From Trueperaceae bacterium (GTDB lineage Bacteria > Deinococcota > Deinococci > Deinococcales > Trueperaceae): DNA of 64,000 bases. The DNA lies in contig CBDCDZ010000004.1 of assembly GCA_965215565.1 (NCBI GenBank), positions 480,001-544,000 on the forward strand, read 5' to 3'. The notes beneath the pieces are model-generated. The model made no database searches. It had not been told where the DNA came from and saw only the letters and a list, made by a program, of their open reading frames with translations. Numbering within the stretch: position 1 is the first letter of the stretch; every line of letters begins with the position of its first letter. Positions 19,216 to 28,289 of the stretch are shown here, one piece after another. The position numbers and the translations under genes are program-made.

Positions 19216-19779
19216 TCACGACTCTGGAGCTATGAGCGCAACTAACCTAAAACGGGCGATTTTGGCGATTTCGGCGAGGGCGCGTCTCCTTTCAGCGTCC
19301 TGTGCGTTGCCGAGCCGCACCTCGAACGCCTCTAAAATACTCTCTTTGCTGTGACCTTTGACCGCGATGATGAAGGGAAAGTCGAAGCGCGCCTTGTACG
19401 CGGTGTTGAGCGCGTGAAACTGCCTGTACTCCGCCTCGCTGAGGCGGTCTAAACCCGCGCCCGCTTGCTCCTGTTTGGAGTCGGCAGTGAGGGTGCCTGC
19501 TCGAGCCGCCTTGCCCGCCAAGTCGGGGTGCGCGCGGATGAGGTCCAGTTGCCTCTTTTCGTCCGCGCGCTCTACGACGCTGACCATCACATGGTGAAGC
19601 GCGTCTAAAGAGGTGAACGGGCGCTCCTCCGCGCTCTCCTTCGCCACCCACGGCGAATGCTCGAAGACGCCGCCGAGGGCAGTGGCGAACTCGCGCTCGC
19701 TCGCGCTGTTCAACTCACCGAGGGTCACGTCAGCCGCGCTTTGTGAAGAGGTGGGTGCATCGTGCGGACAGTGTATCAC
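19216..19779 (-). CDS. uraD: OHCU decarboxylase
   Basis: FEHSPWVA, RAHPDLAG, S..EQ..AGL, N.AY..RF.FPFIIAV, IA.FRL; start uncertain (alternative GTG 19728). Confidence 0.9.
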   Translation of the reverse strand: MIHCPHDAPTSSQSAADVTLGELNSASEREFATALGGVFEHSPWVAKESAEERPFTSLDALHHVMVSVVERADEKRQLDLIRAHPDLAGKAARAGTLTADSKQEQAGAGLDRLSEAEYRQFHALNTAYKARFDFPFIIAVKGHSKESILEAFEVRLGNAQDAERRRALAEIAKIARFRLVALIAPES

Positions 19780-19870
19780 CTGGCGCGCGGCTGACCGAAC
19801 AGCCTCTTCTACGCTCGGACAAAGACTCGAGTCCCTGACTCACTGACTCAACTACACCCTCCTCTTACGA

Positions 19871-19903
19871 ATTATTTCACAATACCTCTGCTCGTGAAAT
19901 ATT
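19871..19903. promoter_or_regulatory. Candidate operator upstream of the purine catabolic cluster
   Basis: TATTTCAC-N13-GTGAAATA inverted repeat in AT-rich intergenic DNA. Confidence 0.35.
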
Positions 19904-20011
19904 TAGTTCGCTTTGTTATCTGTCAGGGTTGGCTCGAGTTTGCATAAAAAAGAAGCTCCACTAAGGAGCCTCCGTTTTTACTGCCTCTTGCGCTCTGCTA
20001 CTTAGGCTGCG

Positions 20012-20170
20012 CTACCCTTCGTCTAAGATGAGCGGAACGGAGAGCAGCACGCCGCCCAAGATGATGAAGGGCAGGGGCGCAGTGGCGATGGCGTCGGTTA
20101 CGCCCAAGAGCGCGATGACGCCGGAGAGAAGGGCGATGACGACGAGTACGAGTCGGATGTTCGTGTTCAC
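20012..20170 (-). CDS. Small 2-TM membrane protein (52 aa)
   Basis: GGAGG RBS, GTG start, two hydrophobic helices, hairpin plus U-tract downstream (~19946-19975). Confidence 0.6.
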   Translation of the reverse strand: MNTNIRLVLVVIALLSGVIALLGVTDAIATAPLPFIILGGVLLSVPLILDEG

Positions 20171-20334
20171 TGGTAGCCTCCGTAGGATAGCCCGAGTGGG
20201 CAAGGAGCGTCGGCGCGCTCACATTGTTGTGACTCTCTTTTACCATAATACCTCTATAGGCTGAAGGTTTGTAGCACTCGCAGCAGGCTCGGGGCTACAC
20301 TATCTTACGGACGACGAACTCGAGGAGTCACACC

Positions 20335-22557
20335 ATGCCGGAACTATCTGAGTCGAAACTGTCTGAGCCGGAACTATCTGAGCGCGAAACCGACACGGAC
20401 GCATCCGAAGAGGGCGCAGGGGAGCAAGAGGTCGTGCAAGGCGCAACCCCGCCCAGAGCCACCTCGCCCGAAGAGGTCGGCGCTGCGCGAGATGACCTCG
20501 CTCTGGATGACCCCGCGCTCTACTTCAACCGCGAGCTGAGTGAAATCGACTTTCACTGGCGCGTGTTCTACCAGGCGAAGGACGAGCGCTTACCCCTCTT
20601 AGAGCGCGTACGCTTTTTGGCGATCACCGCGAGCAACATGGACGAGTTTTTCCAGAAGCGCGTGGGCGGGCTCAAGCGGCAGGAGGCGGCGGGCGTCGGG
20701 GCGCTCTCCCCGGACGGGCGCACGCCAAAGGAACAGCTCGAGCTTATCCGCGCCGCTGCGAGAACCATGTATGGGGCGATGGCGGCGCTGTGGGAGACGC
20801 TTCAGGCGGCGTTGGCAGAGCGAACGGGCTTCGCGGTCACAGCCTATGGCGCGCTTTCGGAGGGCGAGAGGGAGAGAGCAGAGGGGGACTTTCAGAGAAG
20901 CATCTACCCCATCCTCACCCCGCTCGCCGTGGACCCCGGACGCCCCTTCCCCTTCATCTCCAACTTGAGCTTGTCTTTAGCGGTCAGGCTGCGCCACCCC
21001 GAGCGAGGGACGACGCACTTCGCCCGCATCAAGGTGCCGCTGAGCCGAGGGCGCTGGTACGAGGTGTCACAGGGGTGCGTCGTCCCTTTGGAGCAACTCA
21101 TCGCCCACCACGTGCAGGACCTCTTCGCCGGGATGGAGGTCTTGGAGGTGCACGCCTTTAGGGTTACGCGCAACGCCGACGTGCGCCGCGACGAGGAGGA
21201 AGCGGACGACCTCTTGGCGATGATGTCCGAGGAGCTGCGCGAGCGCCGCTTCGCGCCCGTCGTGAGGCTCGAGGTGGAAGAGACCATGCCCCCCTCTCTG
21301 CGGGCGTATCTGCTCGAGAAGCTCGGCATAGACGAGGCGGACCTCTACAGCGCCCCGCTCCTCTCCTTAGCGGACCTCGCCGAAGTTGCCGACCTACCTT
21401 TCGAGGACCTCAAATACCCGAGTTGGGACCCGGTAACGCCCGCGCGCTTGGCAGCGAACGGCGAACGGGAAATGGACGACATCTTCACGGTTCTGAAGCG
21501 CGGCGACCTCTTGGTTCATCACCCCTACGAACGCTTCCGCACCTCCGCACTGCGCTTAGTCGAAGAGGCGGCGGAGGACGCGCGCGTGGTGGCGATCAAG
21601 CAGACCCTGTACCGCACCTCGGACGACTCACCTACCGTCGCGGCGCTCGTCAAAGCGGCGGAGCGGGGCAAGCAAGTCGCCGTGTTGGTCGAGGTCAAAG
21701 CGCGTTTCGACGAGGCGAACAACATCGAGTGGGGGCAGATGTTGGAGAACTCGGGCGTCCACGTCGCCTACGGGCTCGTCGGGCTCAAGACGCACGCCAA
21801 GGCGACGCTCATCGTCCGCGAAGAGGAGGACGGCGTGCGGACGTACGCGCATATCGGCACGGGCAACTACCACATTAAAACGGCGCGCCTCTACACCGAT
21901 TTGGGACTCCTCAGCGCGGACCCCGCCCTCGGCGCGGACCTCACCCGCTTGTTTCACTACCTCACAGGCTACGCGCCCGAGCAACCTTACAGCGCGCTCC
22001 TCGTCGCGCCGCGCGACATGAGAGAGCGGTTTCTGGCGCTCATCGAGGGCGAGACCATACGGCAACAGGAGGACGGCAGCGGGCGCATCATTGCGAAATT
22101 CAACGGTTTGGACGACGCGGAGATCATCAGAGCCCTGTACCGCGCCTCGCGCGCAGGCGTCCAAATCGACCTCATCGTGCGCGGGCTCTGCCGCTTGCGT
22201 CCGGGGCTCGCAGGGGTGAGCGAGACGATCAGGGTTACGAGCATCTTAGGGCGCTTTTTAGAGCACGACCGCGTGTACTACTTTCACAACGGCGGCGCGC
22301 CGCACATCTATATCGGCAGCGCCGATTGGCGGCGGCGCAACCTCTCGGACCGCGTCGAGGCGGCGGCTCCGGTGACGGACCCCGCGTTGCAGCGGCGGCT
22401 CATCGCGGTGCTGGAGGCTGCTTTAGAGGACAACCGCTTAGCGTGGGATTTGCGCCCTGACGGGCAGTACGTACAGCGCAAGCCCGCACCGGGCGAAGCG
22501 GAGCGGAACTATCACGATATCTTGATGGCGAGGGCGCTGGGGAACGCGAATGACTGA
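20335..22557 (+). CDS. ppk1: Polyphosphate kinase 1
   Basis: YFNRELS, N.DEFF.KRV, PFPFISN, HHPY, IKQTLYRTS, KARFDE.NNI, KTHAK, GTGNY, GRFLEH, SADW. Confidence 0.96.
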   Translation: MPELSESKLSEPELSERETDTDASEEGAGEQEVVQGATPPRATSPEEVGAARDDLALDDPALYFNRELSEIDFHWRVFYQAKDERLPLLERVRFLAITASNMDEFFQKRVGGLKRQEAAGVGALSPDGRTPKEQLELIRAAARTMYGAMAALWETLQAALAERTGFAVTAYGALSEGERERAEGDFQRSIYPILTPLAVDPGRPFPFISNLSLSLAVRLRHPERGTTHFARIKVPLSRGRWYEVSQGCVVPLEQLIAHHVQDLFAGMEVLEVHAFRVTRNADVRRDEEEADDLLAMMSEELRERRFAPVVRLEVEETMPPSLRAYLLEKLGIDEADLYSAPLLSLADLAEVADLPFEDLKYPSWDPVTPARLAANGEREMDDIFTVLKRGDLLVHHPYERFRTSALRLVEEAAEDARVVAIKQTLYRTSDDSPTVAALVKAAERGKQVAVLVEVKARFDEANNIEWGQMLENSGVHVAYGLVGLKTHAKATLIVREEEDGVRTYAHIGTGNYHIKTARLYTDLGLLSADPALGADLTRLFHYLTGYAPEQPYSALLVAPRDMRERFLALIEGETIRQQEDGSGRIIAKFNGLDDAEIIRALYRASRAGVQIDLIVRGLCRLRPGLAGVSETIRVTSILGRFLEHDRVYYFHNGGAPHIYIGSADWRRRNLSDRVEAAAPVTDPALQRRLIAVLEAALEDNRLAWDLRPDGQYVQRKPAPGEAERNYHDILMARALGNAND

Positions 22558-22566
22558 GGAGAGGTT

Positions 22567-22690
22567 ATACGGTTTCCGGTTAATTGTTTTGAGAATTAAC
22601 CCGAGCAGAGCGAGTAGAAAAAAATACGGATTCCGCTGAGAACGGAAGAAACTCGAAAGAGTTTATGCAGTGTTCAGCCGGAATCCGTAT
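22567..22690. mobile_element. Deinococcus SRE-like palindromic element (intact)
   Basis: ATACGGTTTCCGG-hairpin-CCGAGCAGAGCGAGTAGAAAAAAATACGGATTCCG...CCGGAATCCGTAT. Confidence 0.75.
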
Positions 22691-22737
22691 TACACCCCTG
22701 TGATCCACTGGGAGCGTCGATGTTACCTGCTGCAAAG

Positions 22738-22825
22738 TCCGCCAGAGAAGACGCCATCTTGCAGCCGCGTAGCGAGGCTGCACCAAGGCAATCTCTCTAG
22801 CGAACCGCTGACGTCCCCCGGCGGA
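22738..22825 (-). repeat. Structured ~90-bp repeat, copy A (candidate ncRNA)
   Basis: Similar to 24821-24907; stems TCCGCC/GGCGGA and TGCAGCC/GGCTGCA; conserved AAGGCAATCTCTCTAGC. Confidence 0.65.
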
Positions 22826-22850
22826 TGTGGGGTTGACCCACCTCCACAGT

Positions 22851-22982
22851 TAGCAGTTCCAAAATATACTAAGACGGACGAGTGCTTACGAAGTTTTGCC
22901 TCCGGCAAGGGTATCATCCCTTAAAGTGCGTGCTAGACATCGTTTTGCAAAGTAGGAGTCTCTGACCAGATGATACCTGCTA
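22851..22982 (-). mobile_element. TAGCAG..CTGCTA modular element, copy 2
   Basis: TAGCAGTTCC ... AAAGTGCGTGCTA ... CCAGATGATACCTGCTA (reverse of copy 1). Confidence 0.75.
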
Positions 22983-23025
22983 AGTGTACTCTATGCGCCG
23001 CGTAACGCAAGGGGAACGCCCGGAA

Positions 23026-23361
23026 ATGCACACTGTGGACATGAAACGAACCTACAGCCTCGAGGAAATTGAAAGCGAACTCCTCTTCGACGCCTTCATC
23101 GCCCAAGAGACCATTTCACAGCGCTTCGAGCGCGACGCTGAACGTGGCGGCTGGCGCTACACCATCTACTCGACGAAGCAGTCAGGCGAACTCGCCGTCC
23201 ACGCGCGGCGCGGTGGGCGCACCCGCTTCCGCGTGCTCAAAGCGCCCTTTTTAACGGACTATCTAGGTGAGACGCAAGGCACGCCGCTAACAGGGCGTGC
23301 GGCGCTCGAGCTAGTCATCAAAATCGAAACCCGTTTAGGCAGCGCGTTTCCTTGGGTGTAG
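23026..23361 (+). CDS. Hypothetical protein
   Basis: ORF with host-like codon usage; start uncertain (22984/23026/23041); no family recognised. Confidence 0.55.
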   Translation: MHTVDMKRTYSLEEIESELLFDAFIAQETISQRFERDAERGGWRYTIYSTKQSGELAVHARRGGRTRFRVLKAPFLTDYLGETQGTPLTGRAALELVIKIETRLGSAFPWV

Positions 23362-23701
23362 TGCTCCCCAGAAGGAGAACACGGCGGCGTTCGGCTCAGA
23401 ACCACGCCCTAAGACTCGAGATTGACGCAGACTTTGCGTAGCGAAAGAGAACAGCACGTTACTGTAGCGTGAGTGCCTCAAAGTGGCTAACGGTAGCGCC
23501 TCCTGCTAAAAAGCGGAGCAACCTTCCGCTGCAGGTATGCCCCACCTTTCACGCCCACCGGGGAGACTGGTTTCGAAAAAGGTACGCCTGTAAGCGAAAT
23601 GCTGCTCCGCAACGCCGAACCTACCCCGCTCCCAGCCGGCATTCTGTCAAATAGAGAACCTCATGGGTCAGCGCTTCTTGCGAACTCTGATAGCATCCCC
23701 T

Positions 23702-24052
23702 ATGATACTCGGTCTTTTAACTCTCCTCAGCTATCAACTCGTCGGCGAAATTGTGGTGCGAGCCGCCAACTTGCCCGTGCCCGGTCCGGTGCTCGGGATG
23801 CTCCTCTTGTTCGTGACGCTTATGTGGCGGGGTGGGGCGTCCAAAGGGTTAGGAGAGGTCTCGAGTGGGCTCCTCGCGCACCTCTCACTCTTATTTGTAC
23901 CTGCGGGCGTGGGCGTGGTGCGCTACTTGCCGCTCTTGCGCGCTGAAGGGCTCACGCTCGGCGCGGTGCTCGTACTGAGCACGCTCCTCACGCTCGCGGT
24001 GACGGGCGCGGTTTTTTACCTTAGTCTGAGACTTGGGGGGCGCAGCGCATGA
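23702..24052 (+). CDS. cidA: CidA/LrgA holin-like protein
   Basis: Q..GE, PVPGPVLGM.LLF, L.LLFVPAGVGV. Confidence 0.9.
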   Translation: MILGLLTLLSYQLVGEIVVRAANLPVPGPVLGMLLLFVTLMWRGGASKGLGEVSSGLLAHLSLLFVPAGVGVVRYLPLLRAEGLTLGAVLVLSTLLTLAVTGAVFYLSLRLGGRSA

Positions 24053-24762
24053 TAGAAGACATCTGGGTTTACCTCGCGCAGACGCCGCTGCTATGGCTCA
24101 CCCTCACGCTGCTCGTCTACAGCGGCGCGCAGTGGCTCTTTGCGAAGAGCGGGGAGTTGCCACTGGTCAACCCGGTGCTTCTGTCCATCATAGCGCTCGT
24201 GACGGTGCTGCTCGTGACGGGGACATCTTACGACGCCTATTTCGAGGGGGCGCAGTTCGTTCACTTTCTGCTCGGACCTGCCACCGTCGCGCTCGCGGTG
24301 CCGCTCTACAACCAGCTTGGAAAGGTGCGCTCCAGGCTTCTTCCGTTGAGCCTCGCTCTCGTCGCGGGCTCTGCTACAGGCATCCTCGCGCCGGTTCTGC
24401 TCGCGCAGGGGCTCGGACTGAGCGAACGCACCGTGCTCTCGCTCGCGCCCAAGAGCGTGACCACGCCCATCGCGATGGGCGTTGCGGAGCAAGTCGGCGG
24501 CGCACCCCCCCTTACCGCTGTGCTCGTCATCCTCACGGGCATCATCGGGGCGAGCGTCGGCGTCGAGGTGTTGCGGCTGCTTAGGTTGCGCGACGAGGCG
24601 GTGCAAGGCTTCGCCGTCGGCGCGGCGTCGCACGGCATCGGCACGGCGCGCGCGCTGCAAGTCAGCGAGGAGGCGGGCGCGTTCTCGGGGCTCGCGATGG
24701 GGCTCAACGGCGCGCTGACCGCGCTGCTCGTGCCGCTCTTGCTTGAACTATTGGGTTTTTAG
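24049..24762 (+). CDS. lrgB: LrgB family protein
   Basis: NPVL, LLGPATVALAVPLY, SLAPKSVTTPIAM, GAASHGIGTARA; ATGA overlap. Confidence 0.93.
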   Translation: MIEDIWVYLAQTPLLWLTLTLLVYSGAQWLFAKSGELPLVNPVLLSIIALVTVLLVTGTSYDAYFEGAQFVHFLLGPATVALAVPLYNQLGKVRSRLLPLSLALVAGSATGILAPVLLAQGLGLSERTVLSLAPKSVTTPIAMGVAEQVGGAPPLTAVLVILTGIIGASVGVEVLRLLRLRDEAVQGFAVGAASHGIGTARALQVSEEAGAFSGLAMGLNGALTALLVPLLLELLGF

Positions 24763-24820
24763 AGGGTATCTCAAAGGGGTTCAAGTCACCTAAAAGTGCG
24801 GCGTCTTGCGACATAGGAAA

Positions 24821-24907
24821 CCCCGCCAGAGGGACGCTTTCATGCAGCTTGTTAGTGAGGCTGCACAAAGGCAATCTCTCTAGCAGGCTACTTACGCCCC
24901 CGGCGGA
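24821..24907 (-). repeat. Structured ~90-bp repeat, copy B (candidate ncRNA)
   Basis: CCGCCAGAGGGACG..TGCAGCTT-loop-AGGCTGCA.AAAGGCAATCTCTCTAGC...ACGCCCCCGGCGGA. Confidence 0.65.
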
Positions 24908-25124
24908 AGTGCAAGGCTCCTGCCTTACGTTAAGCATCATACGCTAAAGGTAACAGCGCTGCGGTGTTGTTCTCGAGGTGATGGAGCGAACACACTACCC
25001 TCGGCGCGTTCGTCTGCTGAAATCAGCTCGGAAAAGTTAAGCGCGGTGTCGCTTAATCATGGCGCGGACCCCCCACCATTCGGCAAAAGGTTAAAAAACG
25101 TACACCATGCGCTATAGTGGGTCC

Positions 25125-26069
25125 GTGTTTCGTTCTATTTTGATCATCTGGATTTTTCTATGCCCTTTCGCCGCCGCGCAAACCCTCACGGTTGGGGGCA
25201 ACGTGTCCCCGCTGGGCCTCGAGCCTGATGTGCGTTTGGAGGGCGTCAAGGCTGAGGGGCTGACCTTTGGCGCGCGCGCAGCGTTCGACTTAGGGTCAGA
25301 GACGCTCGAGCTAGGTGCAAACGCGCGCTTTAACACCTCGCTCGGACCGCTCGGCAACGTCGCGGTGACGGGTAGGGCTGACGCGGACACGGCGGGCGCG
25401 TTCACCGCTTCGGTGCGCGGCAGCGGCGTGCTCGGTTCCGTTGGCGCGCGGGTCAGGCTCGCCGCGTTTAACACCAATCCGGGGCGCTTCGCTCCCGAAG
25501 ACCTCTTGAGTGATAAGCGCCCTTTCCTGTTGGCGACGCCACAAGAACGCCTTTTCGCCGCCCAGTTCGGGCTCGGCTTGACCTACCGCTTGAGCCGCAC
25601 AAACATCTTAAACGTCGATCCGGACCTGCTCTATGCGGGCGGCGGCTTCGGCGTGCGGGGAACGGCTACCCTCGAACTGCGCCGCCTGCGAAACCGCGAC
25701 GACGGCGTCCTTTTGGCGGAAGGCTATCTCAAACCGGGCGGCGCGGCGGGCTACGGCGCGGTGGGGTTCACCTACGCCCTCAACGCGCGCCGAGCACCTC
25801 TCATCCGAGGTTCGCTCCTCGTGGGCGCGGGTAGCGAAGGGCTCTACCCCGGCGCGCGCTTCTCGCTGCAAACGCGCGGCGAGGTCGACTACACCCTCTC
25901 GCTCGCCGCCGAGCCCTACCGCGCGGACTTACCGAAGCTTCGCGCCGAGGTGAGCGCGAGCGGCGCGCTCGGCGCAGGAGACCTCCGCACGGTTCTACTC
26001 ACGGTTCCGCTAGAGGACTTCGGCGCGCCGCTCTTCGTGCTGAGAAGCGCGTACGAACTCGAGTTTTAA
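25125..26069 (+). CDS. Putative outer-membrane beta-barrel protein
   Basis: Signal peptide, alternating amphipathic beta strands, C-terminal YELEF; GTG 25125 follows a TATAGT -10 box. Confidence 0.6.
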   Translation: MFRSILIIWIFLCPFAAAQTLTVGGNVSPLGLEPDVRLEGVKAEGLTFGARAAFDLGSETLELGANARFNTSLGPLGNVAVTGRADADTAGAFTASVRGSGVLGSVGARVRLAAFNTNPGRFAPEDLLSDKRPFLLATPQERLFAAQFGLGLTYRLSRTNILNVDPDLLYAGGGFGVRGTATLELRRLRNRDDGVLLAEGYLKPGGAAGYGAVGFTYALNARRAPLIRGSLLVGAGSEGLYPGARFSLQTRGEVDYTLSLAAEPYRADLPKLRAEVSASGALGAGDLRTVLLTVPLEDFGAPLFVLRSAYELEF

Positions 26070-26124
26070 CGGTGCGGCGCGTGAACTCGGCATTTTCTTC
26101 GGGCTGACCACCGGCGACTCCTGG

Positions 26125-27231
26125 CTACTCCTCCAGCGGCACCAGTGAGCGGGTCTGGAAGTCGATTTCAAAAACGCCGGTAGCGGGCACCTCCAGCGTG
26201 AAGCGAATTGTGTTGACGCCGCGCCGCAGCTCGACGCGGTGGGGTCCGGGCGGCAAGTCGGAGACGAAGCCGCGCCGCGGCTCGCTGTCAATTGCCACCG
26301 AGAAACCGGCGGGCGGCGTCCAGTAGAGGAGCGTGCCGGAACGGGGCTCCAGAGTCGCCGAAACGCGGCTCACAAAAAAGTTGCGCACGCGCACCGATTG
26401 GGTCTCGGGCACGAAGCCCGGACGCTCCAAGCGCAGCGTGCGCACACCGGGGTCCGCGCTCATGGTCAGGGGCGTCGTGCCGACGAACTCGTTGTCTAGG
26501 AAGACTTCGGCGTTGGGTGTGCTCGTTACCTGGACGCTGCCGCTACGGACCGCCGTCAGCTCGAAGTTGACGAACTCGGTGTGGTCCACCTCGAGCGTCA
26601 ACGTGTCGATCTCCGGCACGAAGCCCGCCTTGCGCAGCTCGACGGTGTAGCGCCCCGGCGCGAGCGAGATGAGCCCGGTTTCCGAGGTATCGCCGACGTA
26701 CACGCCGCCGATATGAATCTGGGCGCGGCGCGGCTGCGACGAGACGAAGAGGCTCGCCGAGCCGCTCGAGAGCGGGTTGCCAGGGCGGATAAAGGCGCTG
26801 ACCGCGCTCGTCAGCTCCGCCACCGCGCCCAGGTAGTCGCGCGGGCTGAGCGGCTCGCTGAGGAGGTCCGAACTCACGCCGGTCTGCGCGTCCACCGCTA
26901 AGAGGTTGACCGTGTAGAGCGTCTCCTCGCTGAGCGCCCCGCGCGACGCGATGATCTCGCCCGTGAGCCCGTAGCGCTCGTCCGCTAGGTCCGCCACCGC
27001 CGCCGCTACCTCGGGGTCCACACCCCCCCTGGGCGTCGGCGCGAAGATATTGCCCTCCGACACCTCCAGCTCCGTGCGCGCCGCGAGCTGCTGGCGAAAG
27101 GCGGTCATGAACCGCGCGACTACCTCTTCAGGTACCGCGCCGCGCGTGCTAAAGTCTGGCACGACGATCTCAGCCTGCGCGAAGCCCGCACAGGCGAGAA
27201 GACATACAACAAGATAGAGTCGTAACAACAC
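26125..27231 (-). CDS. PEGA domain-containing secreted protein
   Basis: Repeats L.V.S.P..A.V...G...G.T...PG...V.L...GF; signal peptide; leaderless TATAAT-6nt-GTG. Confidence 0.82.
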   Translation of the reverse strand: MLLRLYLVVCLLACAGFAQAEIVVPDFSTRGAVPEEVVARFMTAFRQQLAARTELEVSEGNIFAPTPRGGVDPEVAAAVADLADERYGLTGEIIASRGALSEETLYTVNLLAVDAQTGVSSDLLSEPLSPRDYLGAVAELTSAVSAFIRPGNPLSSGSASLFVSSQPRRAQIHIGGVYVGDTSETGLISLAPGRYTVELRKAGFVPEIDTLTLEVDHTEFVNFELTAVRSGSVQVTSTPNAEVFLDNEFVGTTPLTMSADPGVRTLRLERPGFVPETQSVRVRNFFVSRVSATLEPRSGTLLYWTPPAGFSVAIDSEPRRGFVSDLPPGPHRVELRRGVNTIRFTLEVPATGVFEIDFQTRSLVPLEE

Positions 27232-27288
27232 TGAGATATTATAGCCTCAGTCGGGCACCTGTTTGTTGTAGTGGCGCGAATAGTCGGG

Positions 27289-27699
27289 CTAGGCTTCGTC
27301 GCTAGGCACGAACTCCAGCGCCACCCCGTTGTTGCAGTAGCGCTTCCCGGTAGGCTGCGGTCCGTCACCAAAGACGTGCCCCTGGTGTCCGCCGCAACGC
27401 GCACAGTGGTACTCCGTGCGGGGCCAAATCAGCTTGAAGTCCGTCTTCGTCTCTAAGTGACCGTCTATAAAATCGTAGAAGCTGGGCCACCCTGTCCCCG
27501 AGTCGAACTTCATGTTGCTCCTGAAAAGTTCCAAGCCGCACCCTGCGCAGACAAAGGCTCCGTCGCGCTTCTCCTTGTCCAAAGGACTCGTGCCCGCGCG
27601 CTCCGTGCCCTCCTCGCGCAGCACGTGAAACTGCTCGGGGGTGAGTTCGTCGCGCCACTCGCTCTCAGATTTTTGCACCTTATTGGTATCTTGAATCAT
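27289..27699 (-). CDS. msrB: Peptide-methionine (R)-S-oxide reductase
   Basis: KFDSGTGWPSF, two CxxC, GH.GHVF.DGP.PTG.RYC.NG; leaderless TACAAT-6nt-ATG. Confidence 0.95.
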   Translation of the reverse strand: MIQDTNKVQKSESEWRDELTPEQFHVLREEGTERAGTSPLDKEKRDGAFVCAGCGLELFRSNMKFDSGTGWPSFYDFIDGHLETKTDFKLIWPRTEYHCARCGGHQGHVFGDGPQPTGKRYCNNGVALEFVPSDEA

Positions 27700-27880
27700 A
27701 GCTTTATTGTACGGCGCAACGCGCGAAAAGACCGTAGAGGAGGCTGCAACTTCGCCCTTATACCTTTGCGCACATGCGCGGCTGAAGATAGCGATAAGAT
27801 GAGGTGATGACGCCAAGTTTATTGTCTTTACCTCTGCAGAAATATGAACGCACCTTTTGGCCGCCATTCGTGGTGCGCTG

Positions 27881-28111
27881 GTGACGGACTTTTTGCTCTC
27901 CTTAGGCTTCTGGGACATCTTTTGGATTTTCTGGATCATCGTCGTGCCTGTCGCGCTCCTCGTCTGGATGACGGTGTGGATCATCAAGCGCTACGACGAA
28001 GACGTGGCGCAGCGCGAAGAACTCCTCCGCAAACTCAAGGCGAAAGAGCGAGAGGTGGTGCGGTTCAAGCGGCAAAAGGAGAAAGAGGCGGCGGCAAAGC
28101 GTTCAAAATGA
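27881..28111 (+). CDS. Small single-TM protein with charged coiled-coil tail
   Basis: Hydrophobic N-terminus then EREVVRFKRQKEKE; start uncertain. Confidence 0.55.
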   Translation: MTDFLLSLGFWDIFWIFWIIVVPVALLVWMTVWIIKRYDEDVAQREELLRKLKAKEREVVRFKRQKEKEAAAKRSK

Positions 28112-28117
28112 CCCAAT

Positions 28118-28205
28118 AGAAATCCCCCGCTTGGGCGGCGGGGGTAAGGAGGGAGAGAGCGGTAAGCGCGTGAAGAGGATGTCTTGTCCGTGCTCGTGCT
28201 TACCT
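28118..28205 (-). ncRNA. Candidate small RNA with an anti-Shine-Dalgarno tract
   Basis: Minus-strand TAAACT -10 box (28212-28217), 5' stem GGTAAGC/GCTTACC, CTCTCTCCCTCCTTA tract, CCCCCGC/GCGGGGG terminator-like stem. Confidence 0.45.
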
Positions 28206-28289
28206 GAGATGAGTTTAGAGGATGGACTCTGACAAGTTTCTTACGGATTTGCGTAAGAGGTTTGCAAGGTACTCGATTCCTAAGCAGTC

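Noticed and set aside
20338..20382. 15-bp tandem repeats in the ppk1 N-terminus (also a 12-bp repeat at ~59610-59642 and a 12-bp duplicate at 1863-1886)
   Set aside because: Short in-frame or intergenic slippage repeats with no evidence of function
23545..23592. ZMP/ZTP (pfl) riboswitch because of CCACCGGGGAG and CGCCTG
   Set aside because: Required upstream GACTGGCG..GTGG arm and terminal GGGC are missing; downstream gene is unrelated
24776..24792. tRNA T-arm-like GGTTCAAGTC
   Set aside because: No acceptor, D or anticodon arms can be formed
28241..28256. DdrO-binding RDRM
   Set aside because: TTACG-N6-CGTAA is 16 bp, whereas RDRM is a 17-bp palindrome
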